This document shows, piece after piece, positions 19,637-29,867 of a stretch of DNA of 64,000 nucleotides. The notes beneath the pieces are model-generated. The model worked only from the letters and a program-made list of their open reading frames with translations, did no database searches and was not told where the DNA came from. The stretch's first letter is position 1. Each line of letters begins with the position of its first letter. The position numbers were made by a program, and so were the translations under genes. Origin of the DNA: Candidatus Omnitrophota bacterium (lineage in GTDB: Bacteria; Omnitrophota; Gorgyraeia; Aquiviventales; Aquiviventaceae); assembly GCA_023247275.1 (NCBI GenBank), contig JAHFGT010000001.1, positions 6,265-70,264 of the forward strand, read 5' to 3'.

Positions 19637-20745
19637 TTGACCGCCGGCGCTGCAGCGCCTGGGCGCGGCCGGGATTCGAGCGCCTGCTCACAGGCGCTGA
19701 GCACATCGGCCGGCTCGATGTGGAGCAGACAGGCCCGCTCGTACGGGCATGGCGGTAACTTGAATTGATGGTAGCAGGGTCGACAGGGCAACCCGCTGAA
19801 GGACACGACACGATGCCGAGAATCAGACGGTGGGTACGGTCCATAGACCCGCGGATCCACCGGGCCAAAGATCGAAACCGTCTTCACGCCTTGGCTCACC
19901 GCCAGATGCAGCGGGCCGCCATCATTGCAGATGACCAGCCCTAATCGGCCCAGCAGACTGACAAATTGTCCGAGCGATGTTTGGCCGCTCAGGTCCATCA
20001 CAGCGGATCGCATCGTGCTGGCGACGGTCCGGCACAGCGGTTGATCCACCGCCTCCCCGAACAGCAAGATCTTTGCGCGGTACCGCTGTACCAGCGCATC
20101 CGCGACGGTGGCAAATCCTTCAGCGCTCCAGCGACGAAACGGCGCATCCGTTCCCCAACTAACACCCCCGGCTGGCACAATACCCACCAGCAGCTCCTCT
20201 GGGGCAACATTATGGGCCCGCAGCCACTCATCGGCCCAGCGTTCATCCACATCTCGAACCGGCAACTCCAACAGGCCATCCACGAGCTCGATACCCATGA
20301 ATCGCAACAACCGACGATAGTATTCGACCACGTGATCATCGTGATATCCATCGATCGCTAGTTGCTCGGTGAGAAATCGGCCTCGTCGGCGATAGTTGAA
20401 CCCGATCCGACGCGGCACGCTCAGCAACTTGAGAATCAGTCCGTAGCGTTCACCGAGTGACAGATCGATGGCCAAGTCGATCCTAGCTCCACGGAGTCGG
20501 CGCAGCAGTCCGAGGAGTGCGGTGACCCCCTGAACTTTGGAGGTCCGCCACAGGTGGAGCAACTCGTCTTTCTCATAAATGAACAACTCGTCAAGATGCG
20601 GGTTATCCCGCAGAATCTGTTCGGTTCGTCGATTACACACATAGCCAATCCGGCTCTGCGGAAAGGCACGCCGCACCGCCCGAACCAGCGGGGTGCTAAA
20701 CAGGACATCGCCAATACCAAACGGGTTCACAATGAGAATATTCAT
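19633..20745 (-). CDS. Family-9 glycosyltransferase (LPS heptosyltransferase-like)
   Basis: MNILIVNPFGIGDVLFSTPLVRAV and a C-terminal GGPLHLAVSQGVKTVSIFGP. The maximal ORF extends to 20769. Confidence 0.8.
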   Translation of the reverse strand: MNILIVNPFGIGDVLFSTPLVRAVRRAFPQSRIGYVCNRRTEQILRDNPHLDELFIYEKDELLHLWRTSKVQGVTALLGLLRRLRGARIDLAIDLSLGERYGLILKLLSVPRRIGFNYRRRGRFLTEQLAIDGYHDDHVVEYYRRLLRFMGIELVDGLLELPVRDVDERWADEWLRAHNVAPEELLVGIVPAGGVSWGTDAPFRRWSAEGFATVADALVQRYRAKILLFGEAVDQPLCRTVASTMRSAVMDLSGQTSLGQFVSLLGRLGLVICNDGGPLHLAVSQGVKTVSIFGPVDPRVYGPYPPSDSRHRVVSFSGLPCRPCYHQFKLPPCPYERACLLHIEPADVLSACEQALESRPRPGAAAPAVN

Positions 20746-21764
20746 CCCACCTGCCGCACAGCTTGCCATTGCTGCTGAGTGGCTTCCACCACTTCATCAA
20801 CGGTAATGGAGTCCATTGAAGGCTTCCAGATCACCACATGGCCAGGCCCCCACGGACCCCACCGCCCTGGTCCGGTCGCAGGATTCGTCGTTCCGAACAA
20901 GGCCACCGTCCGCGTACCCAATGCACTCGACAAATGCACCGGGCCGCTATCTCCCGAAATCAGCAGCGTTGCGCGCTGGAGCAAGGCGGCGAGCTGTGGG
21001 AGCGACGTGCGCCCCACCAGGTTCGCGATTGACGCGTCCGTCGGCACGATCTGTTCGATTCGCTCACGAGGTTGCGGACTGCCAATCACGACCAGTTTCG
21101 CCGGCACGCGTTCCAGTAGCTGGCGCAACAGCGCTCGGTAGCAGGAGGCCGGCCATTCCTTCGCCGGATGAGACGACCACGGATGCACAATGAGCAGCGG
21201 GTCGGTCAACCGACAACCAGACGGCTGCAGCAGGTCGCGTACGTCATCTTGCTCGTGCGAAAACTGGGGGGAGGACCACTGCGGCGTCGACGGTGACAGC
21301 CCAAGCGCCCGGACCAGATCCAAATTATACTCAACTTCGTGGCGGTCGCCAATCGCCTTGCGCTCCGGCACGCGATGCGTCAAGAGTCGGTCCCATTTTC
21401 GATCATACCCGACCCGGCACGGGATCCCAGCCAGCCAGATGGCCAGATGGAACTCTTTCTTGGGATTCGAAACAATCGCGACCTGAAACCGCAGCTGACG
21501 CAGCTGACGACTCAACCGAATGGCCGCAGTCCACCCGCCTGCCCGCGCTCCAGGATCGTACGTCACCACATGGTCGATCTGGGGCCACCGCTCCAGCAGC
21601 GGCTGCAGCTCGCGGCTGACCAGCATGGTCACCGATGCCTGCGGCCAGGCGGCGCGCAGCGCGGTTACCGCCGGGAGATTCAGGATGGTCTCCCCGAGTC
21701 GATCCGTGCGGACAAACAGGATTCGTTCGGCGCGGTCGAGCGGACCTGGTCTACCCTGTGGCAT
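20742..21764 (-). CDS. Family-9 glycosyltransferase (LPS heptosyltransferase-like), second copy
   Basis: ILFVRTDRLGETILNLPAVTAL and a C-terminal SGDSGPVHLSSALGTRTVALFG. The maximal ORF extends to 21860. Confidence 0.8.
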   Translation of the reverse strand: MPQGRPGPLDRAERILFVRTDRLGETILNLPAVTALRAAWPQASVTMLVSRELQPLLERWPQIDHVVTYDPGARAGGWTAAIRLSRQLRQLRFQVAIVSNPKKEFHLAIWLAGIPCRVGYDRKWDRLLTHRVPERKAIGDRHEVEYNLDLVRALGLSPSTPQWSSPQFSHEQDDVRDLLQPSGCRLTDPLLIVHPWSSHPAKEWPASCYRALLRQLLERVPAKLVVIGSPQPRERIEQIVPTDASIANLVGRTSLPQLAALLQRATLLISGDSGPVHLSSALGTRTVALFGTTNPATGPGRWGPWGPGHVVIWKPSMDSITVDEVVEATQQQWQAVRQVG

Positions 21765-23010
21765 GCGAATCGTGGATGTCTGTTGTGCCAGCCGCGCGTC
21801 CGCTCCATCCGACGGCCAAACCGGCGAACGTCCAAAACATCGCCGCCTGTCGAAGCGCATAGAAATTCGTATCGATCGCCGCTTGGGCCAGAAATGCCAC
21901 TAGCCCGCCAAGCAATCCGGCGAAGATCACAGACCCATCTGTTCGTGTCGCCTGAATCTGCTGGATGATCCGGACCGTGATCGCGACCAATAACGCCATA
22001 AACAGCACCAACCCAACCACGCCGGTCTCGGCGCCCACTTGCAAGTAACAGTTGTGGGCGTACCGTGGGGTGCGCTCACCTGCGACCCAATAGGTGAGAT
22101 AATTGGACATAAACGTATTCACGCCATGTCCCAGGACCGGCCGATCGCGAATCATACCAATCGCCGCCTGCCACATGGCCCATCGGTCGATCTTTCCGAG
22201 CTCTGAGGGAGAGAGGATGTCCCCTAACCGTCCGACATGGAGCAGGAATCCCACCACCGCAACCCCCACGATCCCGATCAGCAACAAACTGGGAAATCGC
22301 AGCGGGCGGCTGAAGCAGCCCATCGCGAAGATTCCTATCCCCAACCCGAGCCAGGCCCCAGTCGCCTCGGTCCGTGCCAGGCACAACGCAAGAACGAGCA
22401 ACAGTCCCCCAAGCGCTGGTCGGGCTCGGCGACGAATCTGGGCCAGCGCCAGGATGAGCGGGATCACCACCATGAAGTACGTGGCCAAATCGATGGGGTT
22501 TTCATACGGCCCGGTCATCCGCCGATACCGGAACAGCTCATGCCGGCGAAACAGCCCGACACCCCACCACTCTTGCGTGACGCACTCAATGATCACCAGC
22601 CCTGCCGAGCAGGCCAAGACCATGAGGAGGCGCCCAACAACCTGTGGTCGGTTCCACGCCAGATCAGCGACCATCGCAAACAGCCAGAGATATTCCAACC
22701 ATTTGCCGACGAACCCTTCCACACTCTGGCGCGGATACTGGCTCACCAGAATAGACATCGCACAGACGGCCAGATAGGCGCATCCGGCTAACACCAAGCC
22801 CCGCAGCTCTGGCCGCCGCCAGACGATCTGGGCTCGGCCGGTCGCGTCGAGCCGGCCGATGATCCACCCGAGCAGCATCACGCCGAACATGAGTTCGACG
22901 GCCGCCTTGGAAAATGGCAGGAGCAAGATCAGGACGTACAGGCTGCCCTCTTGCAGAAGGGTCGCGAGCTTGGATCGGCCGTCGGGTGTGGTCAGTACGG
23001 TCAGCGACAT
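21751..23010 (-). CDS. O-antigen ligase / polymerase family membrane protein (Wzy_C domain)
   Basis: 419 aa and polytopic. The region after the periplasmic loop (AHNCYLQVGAETGVVGLVLFMALLV) is typical of WaaL/Wzy-type proteins. Confidence 0.6.
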   Translation of the reverse strand: MSLTVLTTPDGRSKLATLLQEGSLYVLILLLPFSKAAVELMFGVMLLGWIIGRLDATGRAQIVWRRPELRGLVLAGCAYLAVCAMSILVSQYPRQSVEGFVGKWLEYLWLFAMVADLAWNRPQVVGRLLMVLACSAGLVIIECVTQEWWGVGLFRRHELFRYRRMTGPYENPIDLATYFMVVIPLILALAQIRRRARPALGGLLLVLALCLARTEATGAWLGLGIGIFAMGCFSRPLRFPSLLLIGIVGVAVVGFLLHVGRLGDILSPSELGKIDRWAMWQAAIGMIRDRPVLGHGVNTFMSNYLTYWVAGERTPRYAHNCYLQVGAETGVVGLVLFMALLVAITVRIIQQIQATRTDGSVIFAGLLGGLVAFLAQAAIDTNFYALRQAAMFWTFAGLAVGWSGRAAGTTDIHDSHATG

Positions 23011-23061
23011 GGCCGGCAGGTTACCGACACGGTGAAGGCGAGATCTGACCAGCGGGGTGGG

Positions 23062-24885
23062 TCACAGCGCGTCGATCACGCCGGCGGTCACGACTTTCCA
23101 CGTCACGCCCCGCGGCTCGCACTGCTGCTGGATGCACTGCAGCAACTCGCCTGGCGGATCGCTCATCGCGATGAGCACTTCGCGGATGCCGTACGCCTCA
23201 AGGCTGTTGGCCAGCTTGCCGCGGCCTCCTAACACCTGGCACCCATGGATTCGGCTCCCATGGGTCCGAATATCATCATCGAGAATGGCGACGACTCGGC
23301 GGGTCGGGCGGGTTTCGTATTTGAGGTAGCGCGCGACGAGCTGGCCGGTATCGCCCGCGCCGATGAGGAGCACCGGGACACCGCGTTCGGCCGCCGCGCC
23401 GATCCACTCATCGAGCAACCGCTCGACGATCCGGGATCCGCCGATGGCCAAAAACGACAGCATCCAATCAATAATGAGCACCGCTCGAGAATAGCCTTGA
23501 AACCGCCAGAGATACAACAGCGCCAGTGCTGAGAGAATCGATCCGAACGAGACCGCGCGGAACATCATCACGATGTCCCATAAACCCAGATATCGCCAAA
23601 TCCCCCGGTACAAGCCACAACTGGCAAAACAACTGATCTTGATCAGCAAGATGATCGGCAACGACTGCACAATGAGCCGTTGGAGATCGCCCGAGAGCAC
23701 CCCCTCGAACCGCAACAGATGCGCGAACACATACACGCTGCCGATCAGACAAAAATCCACGAGAATTTCGACGAGTCGCCGCTTGTGCAGCAGCATCGTC
23801 TCGATAAACGTTCCTGTACTACCAGACGGTGAGAGTACCGGTTCGGCGGCTTGCGGCTCCAGCCGATACACATTGACCCGCGAGAGATACCGGCCAACGA
23901 GTACTAGTCCGGTCAGCACGGACAGCCACAGCGCCAACGCCGGAAGAGGTTTCAAGGTAATGGACACCAGGCTGAGCAGCCCAAAGCCAAGGCTCAGACC
24001 GTACAACACCGTGACGGTTTGCCGAGTACTGAGACCGAGAATCGCGAGCCGGTGCGACACATGGTCGGTCCCACCAGTAAACGGGTGTTGTCGATTCGCA
24101 AGCCGTTGCACCGTCACGAAACAGGTATCGAAGATGGGGACCGCCAGGATGAGTGTCGGGATGGCCAACACGCTGATGACATGCGTGGAGTGGTACCAAC
24201 TTCCCAAGAGCGCGAGCGCGGCTAAGCTGAGCCCAATGAGGTGGCTGCCTGAATCGCCCATAAAAATCTTTGCGGGCGGGAAATTGTAGCGCAGAAACCC
24301 CAGGCAGATTCCCGTCACAATCGCCGCCAGCGTCGCGGTCGTCCACTGGTTGCTGACCACCGCGTGGACCAGGCAGAACCCTGCGCCGATCGCCCCAACG
24401 CCAGCCGCCAACCCGTCCATATTGTCCAAGAGATTGAGGGCATTCATCAGCAGGACAAACCACAAGACGGACAACGGAATGGCAATCCAGGGCCACTGGA
24501 ACAGTTCGATTCGGATTCCGCTGATGACCATGGCGCAGCCGATGATGAGCTGCCCGAGCAGCTTCGTGTACGGCGGCATGCGGCGTAGATCGTCCATCAG
24601 ACCGAGGAGAAACACCAGGCAGGCGCCAAGGAAAAACCCGACGAGCGGCTTCGTCACAGGAAGCCACAGGGCGGCCGAGCCGATGAAACCAAGAAACATC
24701 GCCACGCCGCCGAGCCGGGCGATAATCCGTTTTCCCCACCGATCTTCAACTGGCTTGGAGATCCAGCCAAATCGGACCGCGAACGACCGCACCAGCGGGG
24801 TCAGCACAAAGGTCACCCCCAGGGCGGTCGCACCGGCCGCGAGCACCCGGCCAAAATCGTCCAACAACTGGATGGGAGCACTCAT
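23062..24885 (-). CDS. Polyprenol-phosphate N-acetylhexosamine-1-phosphate transferase (MraY/WecA family) with a C-terminal Rossmann-like domain
   Basis: 607 aa. WecA motifs LMDDL, NALNLLDNMDGL and IFMGDSGS are present. The C-terminal 120 aa (LLIGAGDTGQLVARYL...VVAILDDD) resemble the CoA-binding-like domain of WbaP/CapD-type proteins. Confidence 0.8.
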   Translation of the reverse strand: MSAPIQLLDDFGRVLAAGATALGVTFVLTPLVRSFAVRFGWISKPVEDRWGKRIIARLGGVAMFLGFIGSAALWLPVTKPLVGFFLGACLVFLLGLMDDLRRMPPYTKLLGQLIIGCAMVISGIRIELFQWPWIAIPLSVLWFVLLMNALNLLDNMDGLAAGVGAIGAGFCLVHAVVSNQWTTATLAAIVTGICLGFLRYNFPPAKIFMGDSGSHLIGLSLAALALLGSWYHSTHVISVLAIPTLILAVPIFDTCFVTVQRLANRQHPFTGGTDHVSHRLAILGLSTRQTVTVLYGLSLGFGLLSLVSITLKPLPALALWLSVLTGLVLVGRYLSRVNVYRLEPQAAEPVLSPSGSTGTFIETMLLHKRRLVEILVDFCLIGSVYVFAHLLRFEGVLSGDLQRLIVQSLPIILLIKISCFASCGLYRGIWRYLGLWDIVMMFRAVSFGSILSALALLYLWRFQGYSRAVLIIDWMLSFLAIGGSRIVERLLDEWIGAAAERGVPVLLIGAGDTGQLVARYLKYETRPTRRVVAILDDDIRTHGSRIHGCQVLGGRGKLANSLEAYGIREVLIAMSDPPGELLQCIQQQCEPRGVTWKVVTAGVIDAL

Positions 24886-24898
24886 CGCGTCGGTGGCG

Positions 24899-25906
24899 TC
24901 ACGGGGTGCGCGATCTCGGCGGCGTCATCGCGTCAGCGTCTTGGGGCAGCGCGCGCAGGCTCTCAATCACGTTCCGGATAATGTCATCCAGGTTGGCCGT
25001 TGGCTGAAATCCAATCAAGGATCGGATCTTGCTGATATCCGGCACCCGACGCGGCATGTCTTCAAACCCTTCTTCATACGCTTGTTCGTACGGCACATAG
25101 GCGAGCCCTGAATCCGATCCGGTGATCGCGAGGACCCGCTTGGCCAACGCTTCGATCGTCACCTCTTCCTGACTGCCGAGGTTGAACACCTCGCCAACAG
25201 CCCCAGGGTGCTCCATCAATTGAATCATCGCCCCCACCACATCCCGGACATGCAGAAAGCATCGGGACTGTTTCCCGTTGCCATGCACCTCGAGCGGTTT
25301 TCGCGCCAAGGCTTGGCCCACAAATCGCGGAATGACCATGCCGTAGGCACCGCTCTGGCGTGGCCCGACCGTATTGAACAGGCGCACGATGATCGTCGGC
25401 ACGCCTTTTTCTTTCCAGTACACATGAGCGAGGATCTCATCGACCGCTTTCGAGGTCGAATAGCTCCAACGGCTTTTCAAGGGCGACCCGAGCACCCGGT
25501 CATCTTCTTCCTTAAAAGGTCCGTGCACATTCTTGCCATAGATTTCTGATGTCGACGCCACGAGCACCTTCTTGCGATAGCGATGTGCCATCTCCAGCAC
25601 GATTTCGCTGCCGCGGATGTTGGTCATCATCGATTCGAGCGGCCGTTTGATGATCAGCTCGACGCCAACCGCCGCGGCCAAATGAAACACCGCCTGGCAC
25701 CGCTCCATCAACTTATCGACCAACGATTCGTTGAGGATCGTGCCGATCACGGGATGAAAATTCGGATGCCCGTCCAGATGCGCGACGTTTTCGTACCGCC
25801 CGGTCGACAAATTATCCAGGATCGTCACATCGTCGCCGCGCGCCACTAGCCGCTCGGCCAGATGCGACCCGATAAATCCAGCCCCTCCGGTAATCAAGAC
25901 GTGCAT
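24899..25906 (-). CDS. NAD-dependent nucleotide-sugar epimerase/dehydratase (UDP-glucuronate decarboxylase / 4-epimerase-like)
   Basis: MHVLITGGAGFIGSHLAERLVARGDDVTILDNL and YSTSK. Confidence 0.85.
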   Translation of the reverse strand: MHVLITGGAGFIGSHLAERLVARGDDVTILDNLSTGRYENVAHLDGHPNFHPVIGTILNESLVDKLMERCQAVFHLAAAVGVELIIKRPLESMMTNIRGSEIVLEMAHRYRKKVLVASTSEIYGKNVHGPFKEEDDRVLGSPLKSRWSYSTSKAVDEILAHVYWKEKGVPTIIVRLFNTVGPRQSGAYGMVIPRFVGQALARKPLEVHGNGKQSRCFLHVRDVVGAMIQLMEHPGAVGEVFNLGSQEEVTIEALAKRVLAITGSDSGLAYVPYEQAYEEGFEDMPRRVPDISKIRSLIGFQPTANLDDIIRNVIESLRALPQDADAMTPPRSRTP

Positions 25907-27120
25907 GCGGTCAACTCCTCATAGATCGTGGCCATGTCGGTCACGAACCGGCGGGCCGTAAATCGCGTGCCCACATACGATCGACCCGCGTCTACCAGCC
26001 GCTGGCGCAGCGGCAGATCGGCGGCGACTCGCTCAAGCGCTGCCGCCATCCCATCGGCTCCTGCTGCTAATTGTACCAAGACACCGCGTTCGGCGATATC
26101 GTAACCTTGGCCGCGCTCAACCATCTCGCCGAGCAGATCGGCCACACCCCCCACAGCCGTTGACACCACCGGCCGGCCAGCCGCCATGGCCTCGATCAGT
26201 GACACGGGCGTGCCTTCGTTGCGTGATGTCAGACACACACAGTCCAGATCCGCATAGACATCGGCCAAGCAGAGTTGCCAGCTGACGAACCGCACCCGGT
26301 CGCTGATCCCCAGCGCGCGAGCGAACGATTCCAATGCGTGGCGGCGTTCCCCATCTCCGATGATGACACACCGTGCCCGCGGGTGCCGGCGCGCCAATCG
26401 ACTGGCCGCCTCAAGGAACAGCTCGTGCTGTTTGATGGGCACCAACCGACCCACGATCCCGACCAAATACTCGTCGGCCGACAGCTGGTGTTGATTCCGA
26501 AAGTGGTATCGATACCCATTCACCGCTTGCAACTCGGCAAGCTCCAACCCCAACGGCACCACGCGCAGGCGGGTGTCATCGCCGATCCGCAGCCGCAACA
26601 GTTCCCGCTGCAACGAAGGATTAATGGCGATCAAGACATCGGTGGACCGGCCCAACCATCGCTCGATGCGCACAAACAGCCCGGATACGGCCTCACCAAA
26701 ATAGCCAGACAAGACATGGCCATGGAACATGTGCACCTGTCGAACGCTGGGCCGGGATGGCGACAGCCAGCGCACCGCATTGTACCAACGGGCCGCCACG
26801 CGCCCAAGAGCGCCGGCCTTTGCGGTATGGGTGTGGATGACATCCGGCCGCTGCTGCCAGAGGAGCCGGCAGAGTCTGACCAGCGCAATCAGATCCCGCA
26901 CCGGATGGACCGCGCGCCCGAGCTGTGGGATCACCAGATGTGGAACACGCGCTGGCAACAGTGACGCCAGGTCGCCTTCATCCGCTGACGGCAACCCGGT
27001 AATCACCAAAGTGGAGAAGTACGCCGGATCGAGTCCATCGACCAAGACCGCCATCTGTCGAGCGGTGCCGCCGATGTTTAGCCGGGCGATCACCTGGAGG
27101 ACTTTAATCGGCCGTGGCAT
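25894..27120 (-). CDS. Family-4 (GT-B) glycosyltransferase
   Basis: EGTPVSLIEAMAAGRPVVSTAVGGVADLL in the C-terminal GT1 domain. Confidence 0.8.
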   Translation of the reverse strand: MPRPIKVLQVIARLNIGGTARQMAVLVDGLDPAYFSTLVITGLPSADEGDLASLLPARVPHLVIPQLGRAVHPVRDLIALVRLCRLLWQQRPDVIHTHTAKAGALGRVAARWYNAVRWLSPSRPSVRQVHMFHGHVLSGYFGEAVSGLFVRIERWLGRSTDVLIAINPSLQRELLRLRIGDDTRLRVVPLGLELAELQAVNGYRYHFRNQHQLSADEYLVGIVGRLVPIKQHELFLEAASRLARRHPRARCVIIGDGERRHALESFARALGISDRVRFVSWQLCLADVYADLDCVCLTSRNEGTPVSLIEAMAAGRPVVSTAVGGVADLLGEMVERGQGYDIAERGVLVQLAAGADGMAAALERVAADLPLRQRLVDAGRSYVGTRFTARRFVTDMATIYEELTACTS

Positions 27121-29107
27121 GGGGATGTGTCAAGGGCTTTGAGAGATAGCCCCGCTTCCAATAGGAGAGGATCCCAAGATACTCATGGAGAATGCCGTTG
27201 GCTTGTTGGAGCGTCACACGCTTGCGAATCCACCGCTCATCAGGGCCGCGCTGGTGGGAATAAAACCGGCTGATCGGGATCGGGACATAGATCGCGCGCT
27301 TATCCGGCGCCTGCGCATTCCACACGAGCTGGACACGACGCATATGATAGGGGCTGCTCACCACGAGTACCTGCGTCCACCCTTGCTGTCCGAGAATCCG
27401 ATTCACAAACCGCACGTTGTCGAACGTGTTGGTCGCTTGGTCTTCCAGGATGATCCGCTCTGCCGGGACGCCGAGCGAGACCGCGAGCACTTTCATCACG
27501 TCGGGTTCCCGAAACGTATACATATAGCCGGAGGAAAAAATCAGGTGTTGGGCAAATCCCTGATGGTACAACTCCGCCGCCCATGCCACCCGCTCTTCGT
27601 ACCCTTGAGCCGGTTTGCCGGATTCCCCGACGCCGCCTGCAAACACGACAATCGCATCGCTGGGCACCGGGGCTTGTGAAATCTGCAGCGGCGAGGCCGC
27701 CCACCACACCACCGGCGTATAAAAGATCAGCAGATACGCCGCTAACAACGCCAGGCCGATGCGCGCGATGCGACGCCGCGCGCGATGGTACAGCATCACC
27801 AGCCGCTCCTGCCATTCCACCGGCCCGGTCGCGGCTTGCTGCCGGATCCGGTCCGCCATGAGTCGACTCATTTCCTCAATGCGCCGGTCCCACCCGTTGT
27901 CATAGGCCGCGGCGATCCGACGCTGCACTAGATGATCATCCCGGCGGCTCAACGCCTGCTCGACGTGCTGTACGAACTGCGGATAATCCTTGGCGATCTG
28001 CACCAACGGGCCGTAGCGCTCATTAAACGCTGCGACTTCTGGCAAGAAGGTGGACACCACCGGCTTGCCCAAGGCATGGTACTCGTTCAATTTTGTCGGA
28101 TAGACCGTTTTCGTGTATTCCGACTCCACGTACGGGATCATGGCAACCTCGAACGCTTGGATGTAGTGCGGCAGTTCTTCAAACGGCTTCTGGCCCAAAA
28201 AGAAAATATTGCTGGAGCCGTTGACCGGCGAGATATCGGCTTGCACCGGACCGATCAGCGCCAGCGACCACTCTTTTCGCTGGGTCGCGATGAACTGTAG
28301 CAGGTGAAAATCGACATGCCGGTGCACCCCCCCCACATACCCGATGATCGGTCGGGGGATCGTGTGCAGGTCGTCCGGCAGCCGAGGAGCGGCGTGCGCC
28401 TGTTCGAACGCCTCCAGGTTGACCCCGAAGGGAAACACGTGCACCTGCGGATTCCACTGACGGCACTTGGCCTCGAGCGCAGGCCCCTGAGCAAAGATGA
28501 GGTCACAATGTTGGATGACCGCCTGTTCGGTTCGCCGCACCTTGTGCGGATGGGGCACCAGCTCCTCGAATTCGGCGATGCAATAGTAGACGGCCAACTT
28601 GTGCTCGAGATGGGTCAAGATATCCACGGCGATTCCGGTCGGCAAGAAGGTCCAAATGATCGGGTCATGTGACCCGGTCGCACGGATCCATCGTCGGATC
28701 GCCGTCAGCAGCAACCATTGGTTGATCCAGCGAATGACGCGTGAATACGGACCGGGCAGGATGATCGGCGAATAGACCCAGAGACGATCTTGCACCTTGC
28801 GAAACCCTTTGAAACTTTTGAACCAGTTGACCAGCCGGCGTTGCAGCCGCGGCCAGTCGCGCGGCGTTGGCATGCGCACCCCAGTGTTCTCGATAAACAG
28901 GACATCGTTGCCATGCTTGGCAAACGTCGACATGATCTCCTGATGACCCTGCCACACCGAGTCCCAATCGATCGACGAGAGACAGAGGAGATGTTCGCCG
29001 GTGATCACGCGCGTCTCACACGGTCTGTGGATCCGGATGCCGGAGCCGACGCCAGTCCCACCCGCCGAGCAGTTTTTGCTCAAACACCCGCACACGGTCG
29101 TGCCCAA
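27104..29107 (-). CDS. Fusion protein: GT-B glycosyltransferase-like N-terminal region plus C-terminal DUF218 (YdcF/ElyC/SanA-like) domain
   Basis: 667 aa. The N-terminus (LCLSSIDWDSVWQGHQEIMSTFAKHGNDVLFIEN) is GT1-like. The C-terminus (AIVVFAGGV...LIFSSGY...NTFDNVRFVNRIL...VLVVSSPYHMRR) is DUF218. Confidence 0.6.
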   Translation of the reverse strand: MGTTVCGCLSKNCSAGGTGVGSGIRIHRPCETRVITGEHLLCLSSIDWDSVWQGHQEIMSTFAKHGNDVLFIENTGVRMPTPRDWPRLQRRLVNWFKSFKGFRKVQDRLWVYSPIILPGPYSRVIRWINQWLLLTAIRRWIRATGSHDPIIWTFLPTGIAVDILTHLEHKLAVYYCIAEFEELVPHPHKVRRTEQAVIQHCDLIFAQGPALEAKCRQWNPQVHVFPFGVNLEAFEQAHAAPRLPDDLHTIPRPIIGYVGGVHRHVDFHLLQFIATQRKEWSLALIGPVQADISPVNGSSNIFFLGQKPFEELPHYIQAFEVAMIPYVESEYTKTVYPTKLNEYHALGKPVVSTFLPEVAAFNERYGPLVQIAKDYPQFVQHVEQALSRRDDHLVQRRIAAAYDNGWDRRIEEMSRLMADRIRQQAATGPVEWQERLVMLYHRARRRIARIGLALLAAYLLIFYTPVVWWAASPLQISQAPVPSDAIVVFAGGVGESGKPAQGYEERVAWAAELYHQGFAQHLIFSSGYMYTFREPDVMKVLAVSLGVPAERIILEDQATNTFDNVRFVNRILGQQGWTQVLVVSSPYHMRRVQLVWNAQAPDKRAIYVPIPISRFYSHQRGPDERWIRKRVTLQQANGILHEYLGILSYWKRGYLSKPLTHPHATAD

Positions 29108-29867
29108 GAATCTCCGTGCGACATAACAGCAACGGATCCCGGCCCGGACGATTCAGATCGTGGTGGCTGCACACGCCGAGTTGATAGCCCGCACGAGCCG
29201 CGGCATCCCTGACGCGTTGATCCACCGACCCATGCGGGTATGAGACCGTCGTGACCGGCCGCTGGACCACCTGCTCTATCCACCGGCGGCTGTCGCGCAA
29301 CTCCTGGTCAACATCCTGATCGTTTAACGTCGCCAACCGGCGATGCGTCATGCCATGAGAGCCGATCGAGCAGCCTGGTACGTCGGCCAACCGACGCAGC
29401 TCGGCCATCGTCAGGTAGGCTGGCTGCCCGGTGGTGACATACTGCGGGACGATGAACACGCTAAACGGCAGCGAGAGGGCGTGGAGGATGGGGGCGGCGA
29501 TGGTCCAGGTATCGCGAAAGCCGTCATCAAACGTGATCGCGACCTCCATAGCGTTGGCGGGCGTGGACCAGCCTGGCTCGAGCGCAATGGTGTTCACCTG
29601 TGGATAGCGAACGAGAGCCGCCATCTGTTTCCGGAAGCGTTCCGGGGCGATGCTGATTCCATACGGGTCTGATGGTAGTCGGGTGCCGACCGCATGGTAG
29701 AGGAGAATTCGCAGGCCGGCTGCTGGCTGCCCGGCGCGTGCCAGCGAATAGATCTCAGCGATTCCTCTTGAAACCGCACGCTTCCAACTGATCGCAGTCA
29801 GCGCAGCCACCGTCTCATGGCCTGATTGGCCCCCCAGGACACCGCCTTGGTCAAGGCCCATTCCCAT
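29016..29867 (-). CDS. Polysaccharide deacetylase (CE4)
   Basis: VAITFDDGFRDTWTIAAPIL...GSHGMTHRRL. Confidence 0.8.
   Translation of the reverse strand: MGMGLDQGGVLGGQSGHETVAALTAISWKRAVSRGIAEIYSLARAGQPAAGLRILLYHAVGTRLPSDPYGISIAPERFRKQMAALVRYPQVNTIALEPGWSTPANAMEVAITFDDGFRDTWTIAAPILHALSLPFSVFIVPQYVTTGQPAYLTMAELRRLADVPGCSIGSHGMTHRRLATLNDQDVDQELRDSRRWIEQVVQRPVTTVSYPHGSVDQRVRDAAARAGYQLGVCSHHDLNRPGRDPLLLCRTEILGHDRVRVFEQKLLGGWDWRRLRHPDPQTV

Noticed and set aside
19278-19868. 196-aa minus-strand ORF overlapping the GT9 gene in another frame
   Set aside because: Low-complexity translation. It overlaps a well-supported GT9 coding region. The in-gap 134-aa ORF is the better candidate for this locus.
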